Below are positions 10,619-20,826 of a DNA stretch of 64,000 bases, piece by piece (positions within the stretch are counted from its first letter, which is position 1; each line of letters begins with the position of its first letter). Position numbers and translations under genes: made by a program. Below the pieces are notes generated by a model. The model searched no databases, was not told where the DNA came from, and saw nothing but the letters and a program-made list of their open reading frames with translations. The DNA is from Candidatus Aenigmatarchaeota archaeon (GTDB taxonomy: Archaea; Aenigmatarchaeota; Aenigmatarchaeia; CG10238-14; SpSt-28), in the NCBI GenBank assembly GCA_038733315.1, contig JAVYPJ010000002.1:128001-192000 (forward strand), written 5' to 3'.

Positions 10619-11785
10619 ATGGCAAGAATAATGAAAGTTTATATGGATTATGCATCTACAACACCGATAGATCCAAGAGTTTTAGAAGCTATGTTACCAT
10701 TTCTAAAAAAGAAATTTGGAAATACTATGAGCTTACATTCTTTTGGAAGAGAGGCTAAAAAAGCTTTGGAAGATTCAAGAGAAGTTATAGCTAATTTAAT
10801 GAATGCAAAACCAAATGAAGTAATTTTTACATCTAGCGCAACAGAAGCTAATAACATGGCTATAAAAGGAATAGCTTTTGCAAATAAAGATAAAGGAAAT
10901 CATATAATAATTTCTTCGATAGAACATCACTGCGTTTTAGAATCAACAAAATGGTTAGAAAAATTTGGTTTCAAAGTAGATTATTTGCCTGTTGATAAAT
11001 ATGGGTTTGTTGATTTAGAAAAGTTAGAAAATCTAATTAGAAAGGAAACCATTTTAGTATCAGTTATGCATGCTAATAACGAAATTGGTACAATAGAACC
11101 AATTAAAGAAATAGGAAAAATCTGTAGAGAAAATGAGATATATTTTCATTCCGATGCTGCACAAAGTTTTGGAAAAATCGAAGTTAATGTTAAAAAATTT
11201 AATGTGGATCTTTTAACTGTAAGTTCTCATAAAATGTATGGGCCTAAGGGTGCAGCAGCTTTATATATAAGGGAAGGTACAAAAATAGAGCCATTATTAC
11301 ATGGCGGCGGACATGAATCTGGTTTAAGATCTTCTACAGTTAATATTCCAGCTATTGTTGGTTTTGCCGAAGCAGCAAGAATAGCTAAAAAAGAAATGAA
11401 AAAAGAATCAGCAAGATTAACAAAATTAAGAGATAAGTTAATAAGGGGTGTTTTAGAGAGCATAGAAGATTCTCATTTGAATGGACATCCAAAAAAAAGA
11501 TTACCAAATAATGCAAATTTTTGGTTTGCTGGAGTTGAGGGAGAAGCTTTGGTTTCATTACTAGATTTCTATGGTGTTGCAGCATCTACAGGATCAGCTT
11601 GTTCATTCTCTTCATTAGAACCAAGTCATGTACTTTTAGCAATTGGGTTGAAACCTCATGAAGCTCATGGAAGTTTAAGATTAAGCTTAGGAAGATGGAC
11701 TACTAAGGAAGAAGTTAATTACGTTTTAGAAGTTTTACCAAAGGCTATAAGCAGATTAAGAAAAATTTCTATTTTCAAGAAGTAA
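10619..11785 (+). CDS. iscS: Cysteine desulfurase (IscS/NifS, class I)
   Basis: YMDYASTTP, IEHHCV, HSDAAQ, SSHKMYGPKG (PLP Lys), TGSACS. Confidence 0.95.
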   Translation: MARIMKVYMDYASTTPIDPRVLEAMLPFLKKKFGNTMSLHSFGREAKKALEDSREVIANLMNAKPNEVIFTSSATEANNMAIKGIAFANKDKGNHIIISSIEHHCVLESTKWLEKFGFKVDYLPVDKYGFVDLEKLENLIRKETILVSVMHANNEIGTIEPIKEIGKICRENEIYFHSDAAQSFGKIEVNVKKFNVDLLTVSSHKMYGPKGAAALYIREGTKIEPLLHGGGHESGLRSSTVNIPAIVGFAEAARIAKKEMKKESARLTKLRDKLIRGVLESIEDSHLNGHPKKRLPNNANFWFAGVEGEALVSLLDFYGVAASTGSACSFSSLEPSHVLLAIGLKPHEAHGSLRLSLGRWTTKEEVNYVLEVLPKAISRLRKISIFKK

Positions 11786-11790
11786 TTTTT

Positions 11791-12270
11791 ATGGAGTTGT
11801 ATTCTAAAGAAATAATGAAGCATTTTAAAAATCCGAAGAATGTGGGTAGAATTAAAAATGCAGATGGAATTGGTGAAGCAGGAAATTTAGTTTGCGGAGA
11901 TATAATGAGAATATATATTAAAGTTAGTGAAAAAAACAATAAAAAAGTAATAAAAGACATAAAGTTTGAAACTTTTGGTTGTGTTGTTGCAATTGCAAAC
12001 ACTAGTTTACTAACCACCTTAGTTAAAGGAAAGACCATAGAAGAAGCGCTAAGCATTAAAAAAGAAGATTTAATTAAAAAGTTAGGTAAAGTTCCGCCAA
12101 TTAAAATTCATTGCTCTGTTTTAGCTATCGATGCTTTGAAAGAAGCTATTTATGATTATTTAAAAAAACAGAACTTACCAATTCCTAAGGAATTAGAAGA
12201 AGATCATAAAAGGATTGTTAAAGCAAAGGAAAAGATAAAAAATTATGCGAATAGTAGAATTAAATTTTAA
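11791..12270 (+). CDS. iscU: Fe-S cluster scaffold IscU/NifU-N
   Basis: HFKNPKNVG, VCGD, FGCVVAIA, KIHCSVLA (three conserved Cys). Confidence 0.93.
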   Translation: MELYSKEIMKHFKNPKNVGRIKNADGIGEAGNLVCGDIMRIYIKVSEKNNKKVIKDIKFETFGCVVAIANTSLLTTLVKGKTIEEALSIKKEDLIKKLGKVPPIKIHCSVLAIDALKEAIYDYLKKQNLPIPKELEEDHKRIVKAKEKIKNYANSRIKF

Positions 12271-12291
12271 ATCAATCTCATTTAAATTATT

Positions 12292-12651
12292 ATGATTGAT
12301 ATATTATCTATAAGAATTGGCTTTCATATAATAACCATAATTTTAGCTATTTTTGGAGCCTATATTTCATACAAGATTTATAATAATCTTAGCAAGAAGC
12401 CTAAGGAATCTTTAATATTAGCTTTCGGTCTTCCTATTAAAGAAGTTAAGCTAGAAACAAAACTTAAGATTATTTTTTATCTTTGTATGTGTTTAGCTGC
12501 ATTTTATTATATTTTGGAAAAAATATATCCAGAAGTATTTTACTTTGTAGTTTTGAGGGGAGTACTTTCTTTACTCTTTGCCATAGGAGTTATCTATGTT
12601 TTCACTAGATGGTATATTAGACTAGAAAAAATAGGAAAAGAATGGAAATAA
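12292..12651 (+). CDS. Small multi-pass membrane protein
   Basis: About three hydrophobic helices. Confidence 0.6.
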   Translation: MIDILSIRIGFHIITIILAIFGAYISYKIYNNLSKKPKESLILAFGLPIKEVKLETKLKIIFYLCMCLAAFYYILEKIYPEVFYFVVLRGVLSLLFAIGVIYVFTRWYIRLEKIGKEWK

Positions 12652-12992
12652 CAATATTCACTTTTAAAATATTTTTTGGATTTATAACATTTGCTATTTT
12701 TGCATTTGGCAGCTATTTTGCAATAAGATTCTATAAAAACTTGAATAAAAACGAAAAAGCCGTTTTAATGCAATTTTACTTAGACAAAGAAGTACAAAAA
12801 AGTCTTAAAATCCTATCACTTACAGCAATAATATTTTGCATAGGTTTAGTATTCGATATAATAGGCGCAATGTTTAACATTGAAATTTATGAAAATTTAG
12901 GTAAGATATTGTTGTTACCAATGTTTTTGGGCTTCTTAAAATTTTCTAAGGCGTTATATATCTCTTCTAAAAAAATTCTACAAAAAGCTTAA
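12642..12992 (+). CDS. Small multi-pass membrane protein (topology similar to upstream gene)
   Basis: About three hydrophobic helices; overlaps upstream stop. Confidence 0.6.
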   Translation: MEITIFTFKIFFGFITFAIFAFGSYFAIRFYKNLNKNEKAVLMQFYLDKEVQKSLKILSLTAIIFCIGLVFDIIGAMFNIEIYENLGKILLLPMFLGFLKFSKALYISSKKILQKA

Positions 12993-12998
12993 AGGGCA

Positions 12999-13130
12999 TT
13001 ATTCTTCAATTTCTCTTTTGAACCTTTTTAGAGTGTTAATTATTTTTGTTTCTTCAACCTTTAAAAATTTAAAAATTCTTTTCAAAATGTTATATTTTTT
13101 CGAAAGCAATTCTATTTCTTTCTCTTCCAT
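12999..13130 (-). CDS. 43-aa helical mini-protein overlapping the alaS 3' end
   Basis: MEEKEIELLSKKYNILKRIFKFLKVEETKIINTLKRFKREIEE*; ATG lies inside the last codons of alaS and the ORF fills the gap to the convergent gene. Confidence 0.55.
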   Translation of the reverse strand: MEEKEIELLSKKYNILKRIFKFLKVEETKIINTLKRFKREIEE

Positions 13131-15409
13131 GTTTCAAATAGCTCCTTAACTTTTTCGAAAACTTCTTCATAAGAGCAGTTTAAAAACTCACAGATTTCAT
13201 CTAAAATCTTTTCTCTATCTTTCAAAAATTTTATAGCAGCATTTCCAGCTACAAACTCTATTCTAATAACATCATCCGAAATTTTCTTAGTAGAAATAAT
13301 TTTAATAAGTTCAACATCTTTTGTATTATTTCCATGTGTACCGCTACATGCCTCTACATCTATTTCATTAATCTTTACTATTCTTACCGTTTTTTCTGGA
13401 ATATATCCTCCTTGATAAATTCTAAATCCATATTTTTTCTCAGCTTCATTTCTATCTAAAAATTCTTTTTCAATAGGTAAACCATTTCTAACTATTTCAT
13501 TTGCTATACTTTCTATTTTTTCTATTTGCTCGTCGCTAAGACTTTCAAAATGAGTAATATCAATTCTAGCTTTATCAAAATCTTTTTCTGCTCCTGCTTG
13601 CCATACATGCTTACCTAAGACATTTCTAGCCGATGCCAAAATTATATGTGCTGCGTCGTGGTGTATTGTTAATTGTTTTCTTCTTTCAACATCTATTTTA
13701 CATTTTACTATAGAATTTTCTTTTAGATTTTTAGCATTTTCAACCCTATGAAGTATATGTTTACCAATCTTTATAACCTCTATAACTCTACAATCTTCTA
13801 TATATCCCAAATCACATTTTTGACCACCTTGCTCTGGGAAAAATGCAGTTCTATCCAAAATTACATAATCATCGATAATTTTAAGAACCTTAGCATCAAA
13901 TTCAAATATATCACTATAATACATTTCTATAGTATTTGGAATTTCTTTTATATCTATTTTCTTTTCTTCCAAGTTTTTAGATTCAACCTTCTTTTTAATT
14001 TCTTCAACAAAGCTTTTTTCAATTTTTATTCCGAATTCCTCTTCCAAAAATTCAGGTCTAACTCCAAAGCTTTCATACAAAAGTTTAAAATCTTCCTTAT
14101 CTAAGCTCTTCTTTTTTGACAATATTTTAGAAACAATCTTAAATGCATTAGCTTTTGCTTTTTCATATTTACTTTTTTCAACTTCGATAACTTTTTGTAT
14201 AACATCTATGCTTTCTTTTAGAGTTTCATCAAAGTATTCTAATTGCTTAGAGAATATTTCAAAGATTTTAATCAAGTCGAAAGAAAAGTTCAGATTAGAA
14301 TAATATTTTAACATTTTTCTAAGTATTATTCTTAAGTTATATCCACCACCTACATTGCTCGGTAATGCACCATCGTTTATAGCTAATAAAAGTGCTCTAC
14401 TAAAATCGCATATTCTGAAAATAGAGGAATATAAGTTAAGCTTATTTTTTATTTCTTCTTTTTCTAACCCTATTTTTTCAGAAACTTTTTTCAAAAATTC
14501 TTCTTCACTTATTTCTGTTAAGTCGTAATATCCAGATAAAGAATAAAAATCAAACATAAAAATTTCATCAAATTTTATACCTTCTTTTTCTAAAATAAAA
14601 TTAATTGCTGGCTCGAAAGTTATTAAATAGCTATTTGGTTTTCCAGTTAGCAACCAAGGAAATCTTTCTAATCCTGCACCCATATCTACAAGTCTTTTTG
14701 GCAATTTTCTAAAGGAATCTCCATAAAATTCGAATTCTGTAAAAACAGCATTGCCTAATTCTAATCCCCTAACAAAATATTCTAAGCTATATCCAAAAGC
14801 TTGAGAGCCAATCCAAACATCTTCTATAAAGGTTATTTCCAAGGGATTAACTTTAAATTCTTTTGTTAATAATTCAAAATCAAGCCTTATTGTTTCATCT
14901 TTCCAATATCCGTTTTGTTCTGGAATAGTATGTTGACCTATCATTACAAAACTTACATAATGCCTTCCAGTAACCCCAACATTTTCTAAATCATTAAATC
15001 TTAAGCAAAATTGAGGAATTATTAGCCTATTTGCTGGCAATTCGAAATCTATATTTCCATTAACTTTTCTATAAAAATCTACAACGCTTGCAACAACGAA
15101 ATATAAATCTGGAAACCATCTTGCAACTATAGGATATCTTTTAATACTTTCATGTCCATTTTTTACAAAGAATTTTTCAATTCTTTTCCATGCAGAAACA
15201 TAATCAACATCTTCTATTTTTTTGCCAATAAAGGAGTAACCATCGCAGCTTGAATCTCCGCAAGTTTTTCTGTTTGAATCCAAAGTCCAAAAAGCTTTTC
15301 CACATTTAGAGCAGACTTTTCTTTCAAAACCATTTTCTTTAAAAAAATTTAAATCATAAAAATCTTTCCAATTCTTAGAAAAATATTTTCTAAGCTCGTC
15401 TTTATTCAT
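13112..15409 (-). CDS. alaS: Alanyl-tRNA synthetase (archaeal type, lacking the C-Ala domain)
   Basis: N-terminal Zn motif CSKC..CGD, GLELGNAVF, DMGAGLER, PSNVGGGYNLR, editing HxxxH and CSGTH. Confidence 0.95.
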   Translation of the reverse strand: MNKDELRKYFSKNWKDFYDLNFFKENGFERKVCSKCGKAFWTLDSNRKTCGDSSCDGYSFIGKKIEDVDYVSAWKRIEKFFVKNGHESIKRYPIVARWFPDLYFVVASVVDFYRKVNGNIDFELPANRLIIPQFCLRFNDLENVGVTGRHYVSFVMIGQHTIPEQNGYWKDETIRLDFELLTKEFKVNPLEITFIEDVWIGSQAFGYSLEYFVRGLELGNAVFTEFEFYGDSFRKLPKRLVDMGAGLERFPWLLTGKPNSYLITFEPAINFILEKEGIKFDEIFMFDFYSLSGYYDLTEISEEEFLKKVSEKIGLEKEEIKNKLNLYSSIFRICDFSRALLLAINDGALPSNVGGGYNLRIILRKMLKYYSNLNFSFDLIKIFEIFSKQLEYFDETLKESIDVIQKVIEVEKSKYEKAKANAFKIVSKILSKKKSLDKEDFKLLYESFGVRPEFLEEEFGIKIEKSFVEEIKKKVESKNLEEKKIDIKEIPNTIEMYYSDIFEFDAKVLKIIDDYVILDRTAFFPEQGGQKCDLGYIEDCRVIEVIKIGKHILHRVENAKNLKENSIVKCKIDVERRKQLTIHHDAAHIILASARNVLGKHVWQAGAEKDFDKARIDITHFESLSDEQIEKIESIANEIVRNGLPIEKEFLDRNEAEKKYGFRIYQGGYIPEKTVRIVKINEIDVEACSGTHGNNTKDVELIKIISTKKISDDVIRIEFVAGNAAIKFLKDREKILDEICEFLNCSYEEVFEKVKELFETWKRKK

Positions 15410-15440
15410 AAAAAATAATAAAATTAAAATAAAAATGCTA

Positions 15441-15755
15441 TTATAGATAGTTTTTTAGATTCTCATCTATGTATTTACTAAAAATTCCATATACTTTCTT
15501 ACTGAAGTTAATTTTGTCTTCTTCATTTATTTTTAAATTCTCTGTATAAATTTCCATTTTGCTATCTTTTTTCGAATACTTTCCTAAAAAAATCATTTTG
15601 CGATTCGGCTCTATTTCTATCACTACACCAAAAGAAAAAACTTTTCCATAAATCTCCGGCTTTAGGAAAACATTTATTTGATATTTTTTTAATCCTGCTA
15701 GCTCCTCCTCTAAATCAACCTTTACATTTTCTTTTATTTCTTCGCATTTATACAA
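15441..15755 (-). CDS. Hypothetical protein (true start possibly ATG 15795 across a 1-nt frameshift)
   Basis: 104-aa ORF with TTG start; upstream ATG frame MNNKITTKEWEEI is offset by one base. Confidence 0.5.
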   Translation of the reverse strand: MYKCEEIKENVKVDLEEELAGLKKYQINVFLKPEIYGKVFSFGVVIEIEPNRKMIFLGKYSKKDSKMEIYTENLKINEEDKINFSKKVYGIFSKYIDENLKNYL

Positions 15756-15894
15756 ATATTTCTTCCCACTCTTTTGTAGTTATTTTGTTATTCATAAAAA
15801 GTAGTTAATGCCAGTATAGATATATTTTTTAATGATAAACATTTATGTTAAAATCGAGAAAATTTAACTAAATATTATTTAAAAAACTATTATT

Positions 15895-16809
15895 ATGACG
15901 TTGAAAAAAGTTTTAGATATTTCAATAGACGATTTGAAAAAATTTAACTTTATATTCGAAAATATTGGCGGATTTCAAGCTAGAAATCTTTATATAGCTG
16001 CAGAGATTTTAAAAGAATTTATATTTGATAAAAAAACGACTAAAATTCTAACTTTTACAGGAAACTTAGTTTCTACAGGCTTAAGAGGGATATTTAGAGA
16101 TTTAATTAAAGAAAAATATTTTGATTTGGTAATAACTACTTGCGGAACTTTAGATCACGACATAGCAAAAACACTCGGAAATTATTACCAAGGATTTTTT
16201 GAGTTAGACGATAAAGAATTAAGAAAGAACGAATATCATAGATTAGGAAATGTTTTAGTACCTATGAAAAACTATGGAATAGCGATAGAAAAGTTTATTC
16301 AAAGTTTATCAGAGGAAATTTATAAGGAAAAAAAAGAGATTTCGAGTTATGAACTTTGCTGGAAAATAGGTGAGAAATTGAACGAAAGTTCTATTCTTTT
16401 CTGGGCGAATAGAAACAAAATTCCAATAGTAGTTCCTGGAATTTTTGATGGCGCGGTTGGCTATCAGTTTTGGTTATTTACCCAAAAACATAGAGATTTT
16501 ATAATAAACGTTGCCTTAGATGAAGATTTGATTAGCGACATTGTTTGGAAAAGTGAAAAATTAGCAGGTTTAATTATTGGTGGAGGTATTTCTAAGCATC
16601 ATGCAATTTGGCACGCTCAATTCAAAAATGGCTTAGACTATGCTATATACATATCTACAGCAATAGAAGAAGATGGTAGTTTAAGCGGCGCAAAAACAAG
16701 GGAGGCAATAAGCTGGAATAAAATAAAGGAAAATGCAAAGCATATTAATGTTTTCTGCGACGCAACAATAGCTCTACCGATTCTATTGAAAATAGCCTTA
16801 GAAAAATAG
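15895..16809 (+). CDS. dys: Deoxyhypusine synthase
   Basis: GGFQA, FTGNLVSTGLR, HRLGNV, GGGISKHH, DGSLSGAKTREAISWNK. Confidence 0.95.
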   Translation: MTLKKVLDISIDDLKKFNFIFENIGGFQARNLYIAAEILKEFIFDKKTTKILTFTGNLVSTGLRGIFRDLIKEKYFDLVITTCGTLDHDIAKTLGNYYQGFFELDDKELRKNEYHRLGNVLVPMKNYGIAIEKFIQSLSEEIYKEKKEISSYELCWKIGEKLNESSILFWANRNKIPIVVPGIFDGAVGYQFWLFTQKHRDFIINVALDEDLISDIVWKSEKLAGLIIGGGISKHHAIWHAQFKNGLDYAIYISTAIEEDGSLSGAKTREAISWNKIKENAKHINVFCDATIALPILLKIALEK

Positions 16810-16850
16810 AAACTTTTTGAAATTATTTAAAGCTTTATTCTTAAAATATT

Positions 16851-17021
16851 ATGGCAATAAGACATATAACAAAGAAAATAAAATTAGGTAAAATTGCTAA
16901 GAAATCTAAAAACGCTCCTATTTGGGCAAGCATTAAGAAATATGGTTTAAAAAGAGCTAGATCGAGAAGGATTAGACCTTATATAGAAACAAACTGGAGA
17001 AGAAAAAGAATTAAAACATAG
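16851..17021 (+). CDS. rpl39e: 50S ribosomal protein L39e (eL39)
   Basis: Hand-translated 56 aa: MAIRHITKKIKLGKIAKKSKNAPIWASIKK...NWRRKRIKT (PxW and WRR motifs); below ORF-track cutoff. Confidence 0.85.
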   Translation: MAIRHITKKIKLGKIAKKSKNAPIWASIKKYGLKRARSRRIRPYIETNWRRKRIKT

Positions 17022-17026
17022 TTTTT

Positions 17027-17626
17027 ATGAAGAGGTATGTTATAGTTTTTGATTTAGATGGCACTATAATTTATAGTGTAGAATATCATTCTATAGCATT
17101 TAAAAATGCAGTAAAAAAGTTAGGTTATAAAAATTATAATCAATTATATAAAAGATTTAAAAAGTTGGTTGGAATGCCCATAGAAGAAATATTAAAAATT
17201 TTAATTCCCGGAATTAATAAAGAAGAAGTTAAGAGAATAGAAAAGCTAAAAACTGAATATTTTTTAAAAAACTTAAAGCAAATAAAATTAAACAAAAGAC
17301 TAATAGAAATTATAAAGAAGGTAAGAGCCAGGGGAATAAAAACAGCTATATTTACTTCCACTTCAAAAAAATTAACCAAAATTATTCTTAAAAAATTTAA
17401 AATATACCAATATTTCGATTACTTAGTATGCAAAGAAGATGTTAAAAAACATAAACCAAATGCAGAAGGTCTTATAAAGATAATGAAAAAATTTAATACA
17501 AAAAACATAATTTACATAGGCGATTCAAAATTTGATAAAATCGCTGCAAAAAAAGCTAAAATAAGATATATTGATGTTAGGAAAGTTAGTATAGAAAAAA
17601 TATATAAAACTTTAGGTATTGATTAA
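17027..17626 (+). CDS. HAD-superfamily hydrolase/phosphatase
   Basis: FDLDGT, KPNAEG, YIGDSKFD. Confidence 0.9.
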   Translation: MKRYVIVFDLDGTIIYSVEYHSIAFKNAVKKLGYKNYNQLYKRFKKLVGMPIEEILKILIPGINKEEVKRIEKLKTEYFLKNLKQIKLNKRLIEIIKKVRARGIKTAIFTSTSKKLTKIILKKFKIYQYFDYLVCKEDVKKHKPNAEGLIKIMKKFNTKNIIYIGDSKFDKIAAKKAKIRYIDVRKVSIEKIYKTLGID

Positions 17627-17632
17627 TTTAGT

Positions 17633-17968
17633 ATGGCAAAAACAAAAATAAACAATATAGGAATAGAAGGAGTTGAACCTCCAAAAAAAATGTGTAAAGA
17701 TATTAGATGCCCTTGGCATGGTCATATAAAGATTAGAGGAAAAACTCTAGAAGGAATTGTAATTTCAACAAAAATGAGTAAAACAATAACAATAAGAAGA
17801 GATTACGTAGTTTACATTCCTAAATACGAAAGATTTATGAGAAAAATAAGCAAAATAAAAGCACATTTATCAGATTGTATAGAGGTTAAAGAAGGAGATA
17901 AAGTTTTAATAGGAGAGACGAGACCAACATCAAAAACTAAGAGTTTCGTAGTTATTGCCAAAATATGA
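17633..17968 (+). CDS. rps17p: 30S ribosomal protein S17 (uS17)
   Basis: [27 protein letters not shown]. Confidence 0.95.
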   Translation: MAKTKINNIGIEGVEPPKKMCKDIRCPWHGHIKIRGKTLEGIVISTKMSKTITIRRDYVVYIPKYERFMRKISKIKAHLSDCIEVKEGDKVLIGETRPTSKTKSFVVIAKI

Positions 17969-18363
17969 AAGGAATAACATCTAAGGTAACAAAGGCTTTG
18001 AATGTTGGTGCTAAACTAATATGTGCTGATAATAGCGGTGCAAGAATTTTGAAGATAATTTCTGTTAGAGGATATAAAGGTAAAAGAAAGAGGTATCCAA
18101 AGGCCGGATTGGCTGATATGGTTAAGGTTAGCGTAGTTGAAGGAACACCACAAGTCAAAAAACAAGTTTTTTGGGCCGTTATAGTTAGACAGAAAAAAGA
18201 GGTTAGAAGAGCAAGCGGTTTAAGGGTAAAATTTGAAGATAATGCCGCGGTTATAGTTAATGATTTGGGAGAACCAAAGGGGACAGAAATTAGAGGACCA
18301 ATAGCTAAGGAAGTTGTTGAAAGGTTCAGCGCAATTGGAAAAATAGCTTCTCAAGTTGTTTAA
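17965..18363 (+). CDS. rpl14p: 50S ribosomal protein L14 (uL14)
   Basis: [24 protein letters not shown]. Confidence 0.97.
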   Translation: MKGITSKVTKALNVGAKLICADNSGARILKIISVRGYKGKRKRYPKAGLADMVKVSVVEGTPQVKKQVFWAVIVRQKKEVRRASGLRVKFEDNAAVIVNDLGEPKGTEIRGPIAKEVVERFSAIGKIASQVV

Positions 18364-18369
18364 TCATTT

Positions 18370-19419
18370 ATGAAAAGATGTAAAAAATGGTTAGAATGGG
18401 GAGAATATTCAGTACTTTTTGAAAATCCGTTTAAATCATTTTTCACAATATTAAACAAAAAAAGATTAGTAGGGGAATATCCAAAACTTCTTAATTTTTT
18501 TATAACATGGAAATGTAATTTGAGATGTAGGTTATGTAACATATGGAAACTTAAAGATAAAACTGAGATACCACCAAAAAAAGTTTCTGAAATTTTTTCT
18601 CAAAAAACACTAAAAAAATTAAAATTAGTTAAAATTAGCGGTGGAGAACCTACGCTACATTCAAATTTTTTAGATATAATAAAAATTATTAAAAGCAGCT
18701 TACCAAAAACGTTAATAGTAGTTAGTACTAATGGCTTTCCATTTCAAAGAGTAAAGGGAATAATTGAAAAAAGTATAGAAATAAATCCAGAAATAATATT
18801 TTCTATTTCCATAGATGGGATTGGAAAAACTCATGATAATATGAGAGGTATAGAAAACAGTTTTTCTGAAATAATGAAAACAATAAAATTTTTGAAGAAT
18901 ATAGAGGAAAAAACTAAGAATGTGAATCTAAGATTAAGCTTTACTATTTCTCCATGGAATTATAGAGATTTGGAAAAGGTAATTTTTTTAGCTAAAAGAT
19001 TAAATACGTATATTGGAATTAGATTTTTTCAAACAAGTAAGCATATGTATGGAAACAACACAGCTTTAAGAGAATTGTACATAGATAAAAACTTGTTATT
19101 TTACGTTAACAAAACTCTAAGAAAACTTGGCTTAAATACTTTTCAGAAAAACATTGTTTTTAATTTAGTTTTTAAAAGAAAATTAATTTGCACAGCATTT
19201 ACAAATTCTCTATGTATAACACCAGATGCATATGTTAAGTATTGCATCTATTCCGAAAAACTTTTTATGGCTAATAAGCTCGACGAATTATGGAACTCCA
19301 AACAATCTAAAATTATACGAAAAAAGATGTATAATTGCAATTTTTGCTGGACTGATTGTCAATCTATTCCAGATATTATATCTCTGCCCTATTTATTAAA
19401 GATTGGTAAACTTTATTAA
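18370..19419 (+). CDS. Radical SAM protein with SPASM/twitch-like C-terminus
   Basis: CNLRCRLC, SGGEP, STNG, SIDG, C-terminal C..C..CNFCWTDC. Confidence 0.9.
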   Translation: MKRCKKWLEWGEYSVLFENPFKSFFTILNKKRLVGEYPKLLNFFITWKCNLRCRLCNIWKLKDKTEIPPKKVSEIFSQKTLKKLKLVKISGGEPTLHSNFLDIIKIIKSSLPKTLIVVSTNGFPFQRVKGIIEKSIEINPEIIFSISIDGIGKTHDNMRGIENSFSEIMKTIKFLKNIEEKTKNVNLRLSFTISPWNYRDLEKVIFLAKRLNTYIGIRFFQTSKHMYGNNTALRELYIDKNLLFYVNKTLRKLGLNTFQKNIVFNLVFKRKLICTAFTNSLCITPDAYVKYCIYSEKLFMANKLDELWNSKQSKIIRKKMYNCNFCWTDCQSIPDIISLPYLLKIGKLY

Positions 19420-20104
19420 TTAAGTCTTTAACATAGTCTTTATCTTTTTCTTCTAATCCAAAAAAACTAATAAATATCTCTGAAACCTTTTCTTTATTTT
19501 CATGTATTATCATTTCTTTTAATTTTTCATTCAAGGAATCTTCTAATTTTTCATCTATACCACTTATTTCAACTAAGGTAAAGTATTTCATAATTTCTTC
19601 AAAAAGGTTTGAATTCATATACTTAAGTTCTTCGAGCATTTCCTTTCTTATTTTATCTCTTTTTTCGTTATAAACTATTTTATCTTTTCCATAATCTATT
19701 GGGCAAGAGATGATGTGAAAAAATAATTCTTTTTCATTTTTTAAATTATATTTTTTCATAAACTCGCTAACTTCGTTAAAATTTTTTGCAAACCATTCTC
19801 CATAAATTACATAAATTTTATTATATTGCCTTTCTAGAACGCTTGGGATTCTTATTAACGATGAAAAATCACTAAGGGAAAGCTTAAGAATATATACATA
19901 TAACACATTCTTCCAATCATTTTTTTCAATCCCATTTTCTAAAAGAAGTTTAAATATATTTTTAATTTCTTCAGCGTCTTTAGCTCCTTCGATTTTTCTG
20001 AAAATCTCCTCTACTTTTTCCCGTATTTTCGGTGTTACGATTTTTTCTTTATCATTTTCTATAATTTTTTTAAAGATTTCTCGATGTAATTTTGAAACCA
20101 CCAT
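19376..20104 (-). CDS. Hypothetical helical protein
   Basis: 242-aa ORF with genome-typical codon usage; no recognised motif. Confidence 0.55.
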   Translation of the reverse strand: MVVSKLHREIFKKIIENDKEKIVTPKIREKVEEIFRKIEGAKDAEEIKNIFKLLLENGIEKNDWKNVLYVYILKLSLSDFSSLIRIPSVLERQYNKIYVIYGEWFAKNFNEVSEFMKKYNLKNEKELFFHIISCPIDYGKDKIVYNEKRDKIRKEMLEELKYMNSNLFEEIMKYFTLVEISGIDEKLEDSLNEKLKEMIIHENKEKVSEIFISFFGLEEKDKDYVKDLINKVYQSLINRAEI

Positions 20105-20150
20105 TAAAATCTGTATTTTTTAGATTTAAATTTTTTGTCCACGAATAATT

Positions 20151-20732
20151 ATGAAAGCTTATGATTTAAAATCGAATACCTTTACACTTTTTAACGATAG
20201 TGAAAATTTACACTCCTTATTAAAAAGAGAATTTATGCTAAGTGATGAAGATGTTGATGTAGTAGCGAAAGAAATACATAAGACATTGAAAAGTTTTAAA
20301 AAAAGCGATAGAGCAAAATCATCTAAAATTATATTAGAAATTCTTAACTATGTTAAAAAATTTCGCTTAATCGGAAATAGTGCCGCTAAAGCCTTATGCA
20401 TACTTCTATGTAATTATAGAAAAAAGAGAAAGTTTGTACCAATACAATATGCTACATTAAAGTTTCTCATAGATGAAGGAAATCTTAGATATAGTATAGT
20501 AAACGATATAATTGGGGGGTTTATCGAAGTTTATGTAGGCGGAAATAAACGATACGAAATATCTACAAAATATATGAGAGAAATACTAAAAAAATATGGT
20601 TTAAAAATGAGGGGCAGGATCCCTAATTATATATTAGAAAATATAATAAGTGATATACACAACTGCGGATATCGATATTTAGAAAAAGTAAATAGAAGAA
20701 GAAATGTAGTTTATCGATTTGTAGAGAAATAA
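20151..20732 (+). CDS. Hypothetical basic protein
   Basis: 193-aa ORF; no recognised motif. Confidence 0.5.
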   Translation: MKAYDLKSNTFTLFNDSENLHSLLKREFMLSDEDVDVVAKEIHKTLKSFKKSDRAKSSKIILEILNYVKKFRLIGNSAAKALCILLCNYRKKRKFVPIQYATLKFLIDEGNLRYSIVNDIIGGFIEVYVGGNKRYEISTKYMREILKKYGLKMRGRIPNYILENIISDIHNCGYRYLEKVNRRRNVVYRFVEK

Positions 20733-20740
20733 TTTCATTT

Positions 20741-20824
20741 CGCCGGGGGTGGGATTCGAACCCACGCGGGCATAAAGCCCACCGGTTTAGCAGACCGGCG
20801 CCTTGGCCACTTGGCTACCCCGGC
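20741..20824 (-). tRNA. tRNA-Ser(GCT)
   Basis: Reverse-complement cloverleaf; CCGGT-CTGCTAA-ACCGG; long variable arm; G discriminator. Confidence 0.96.
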
Positions 20825-20826
20825 AT

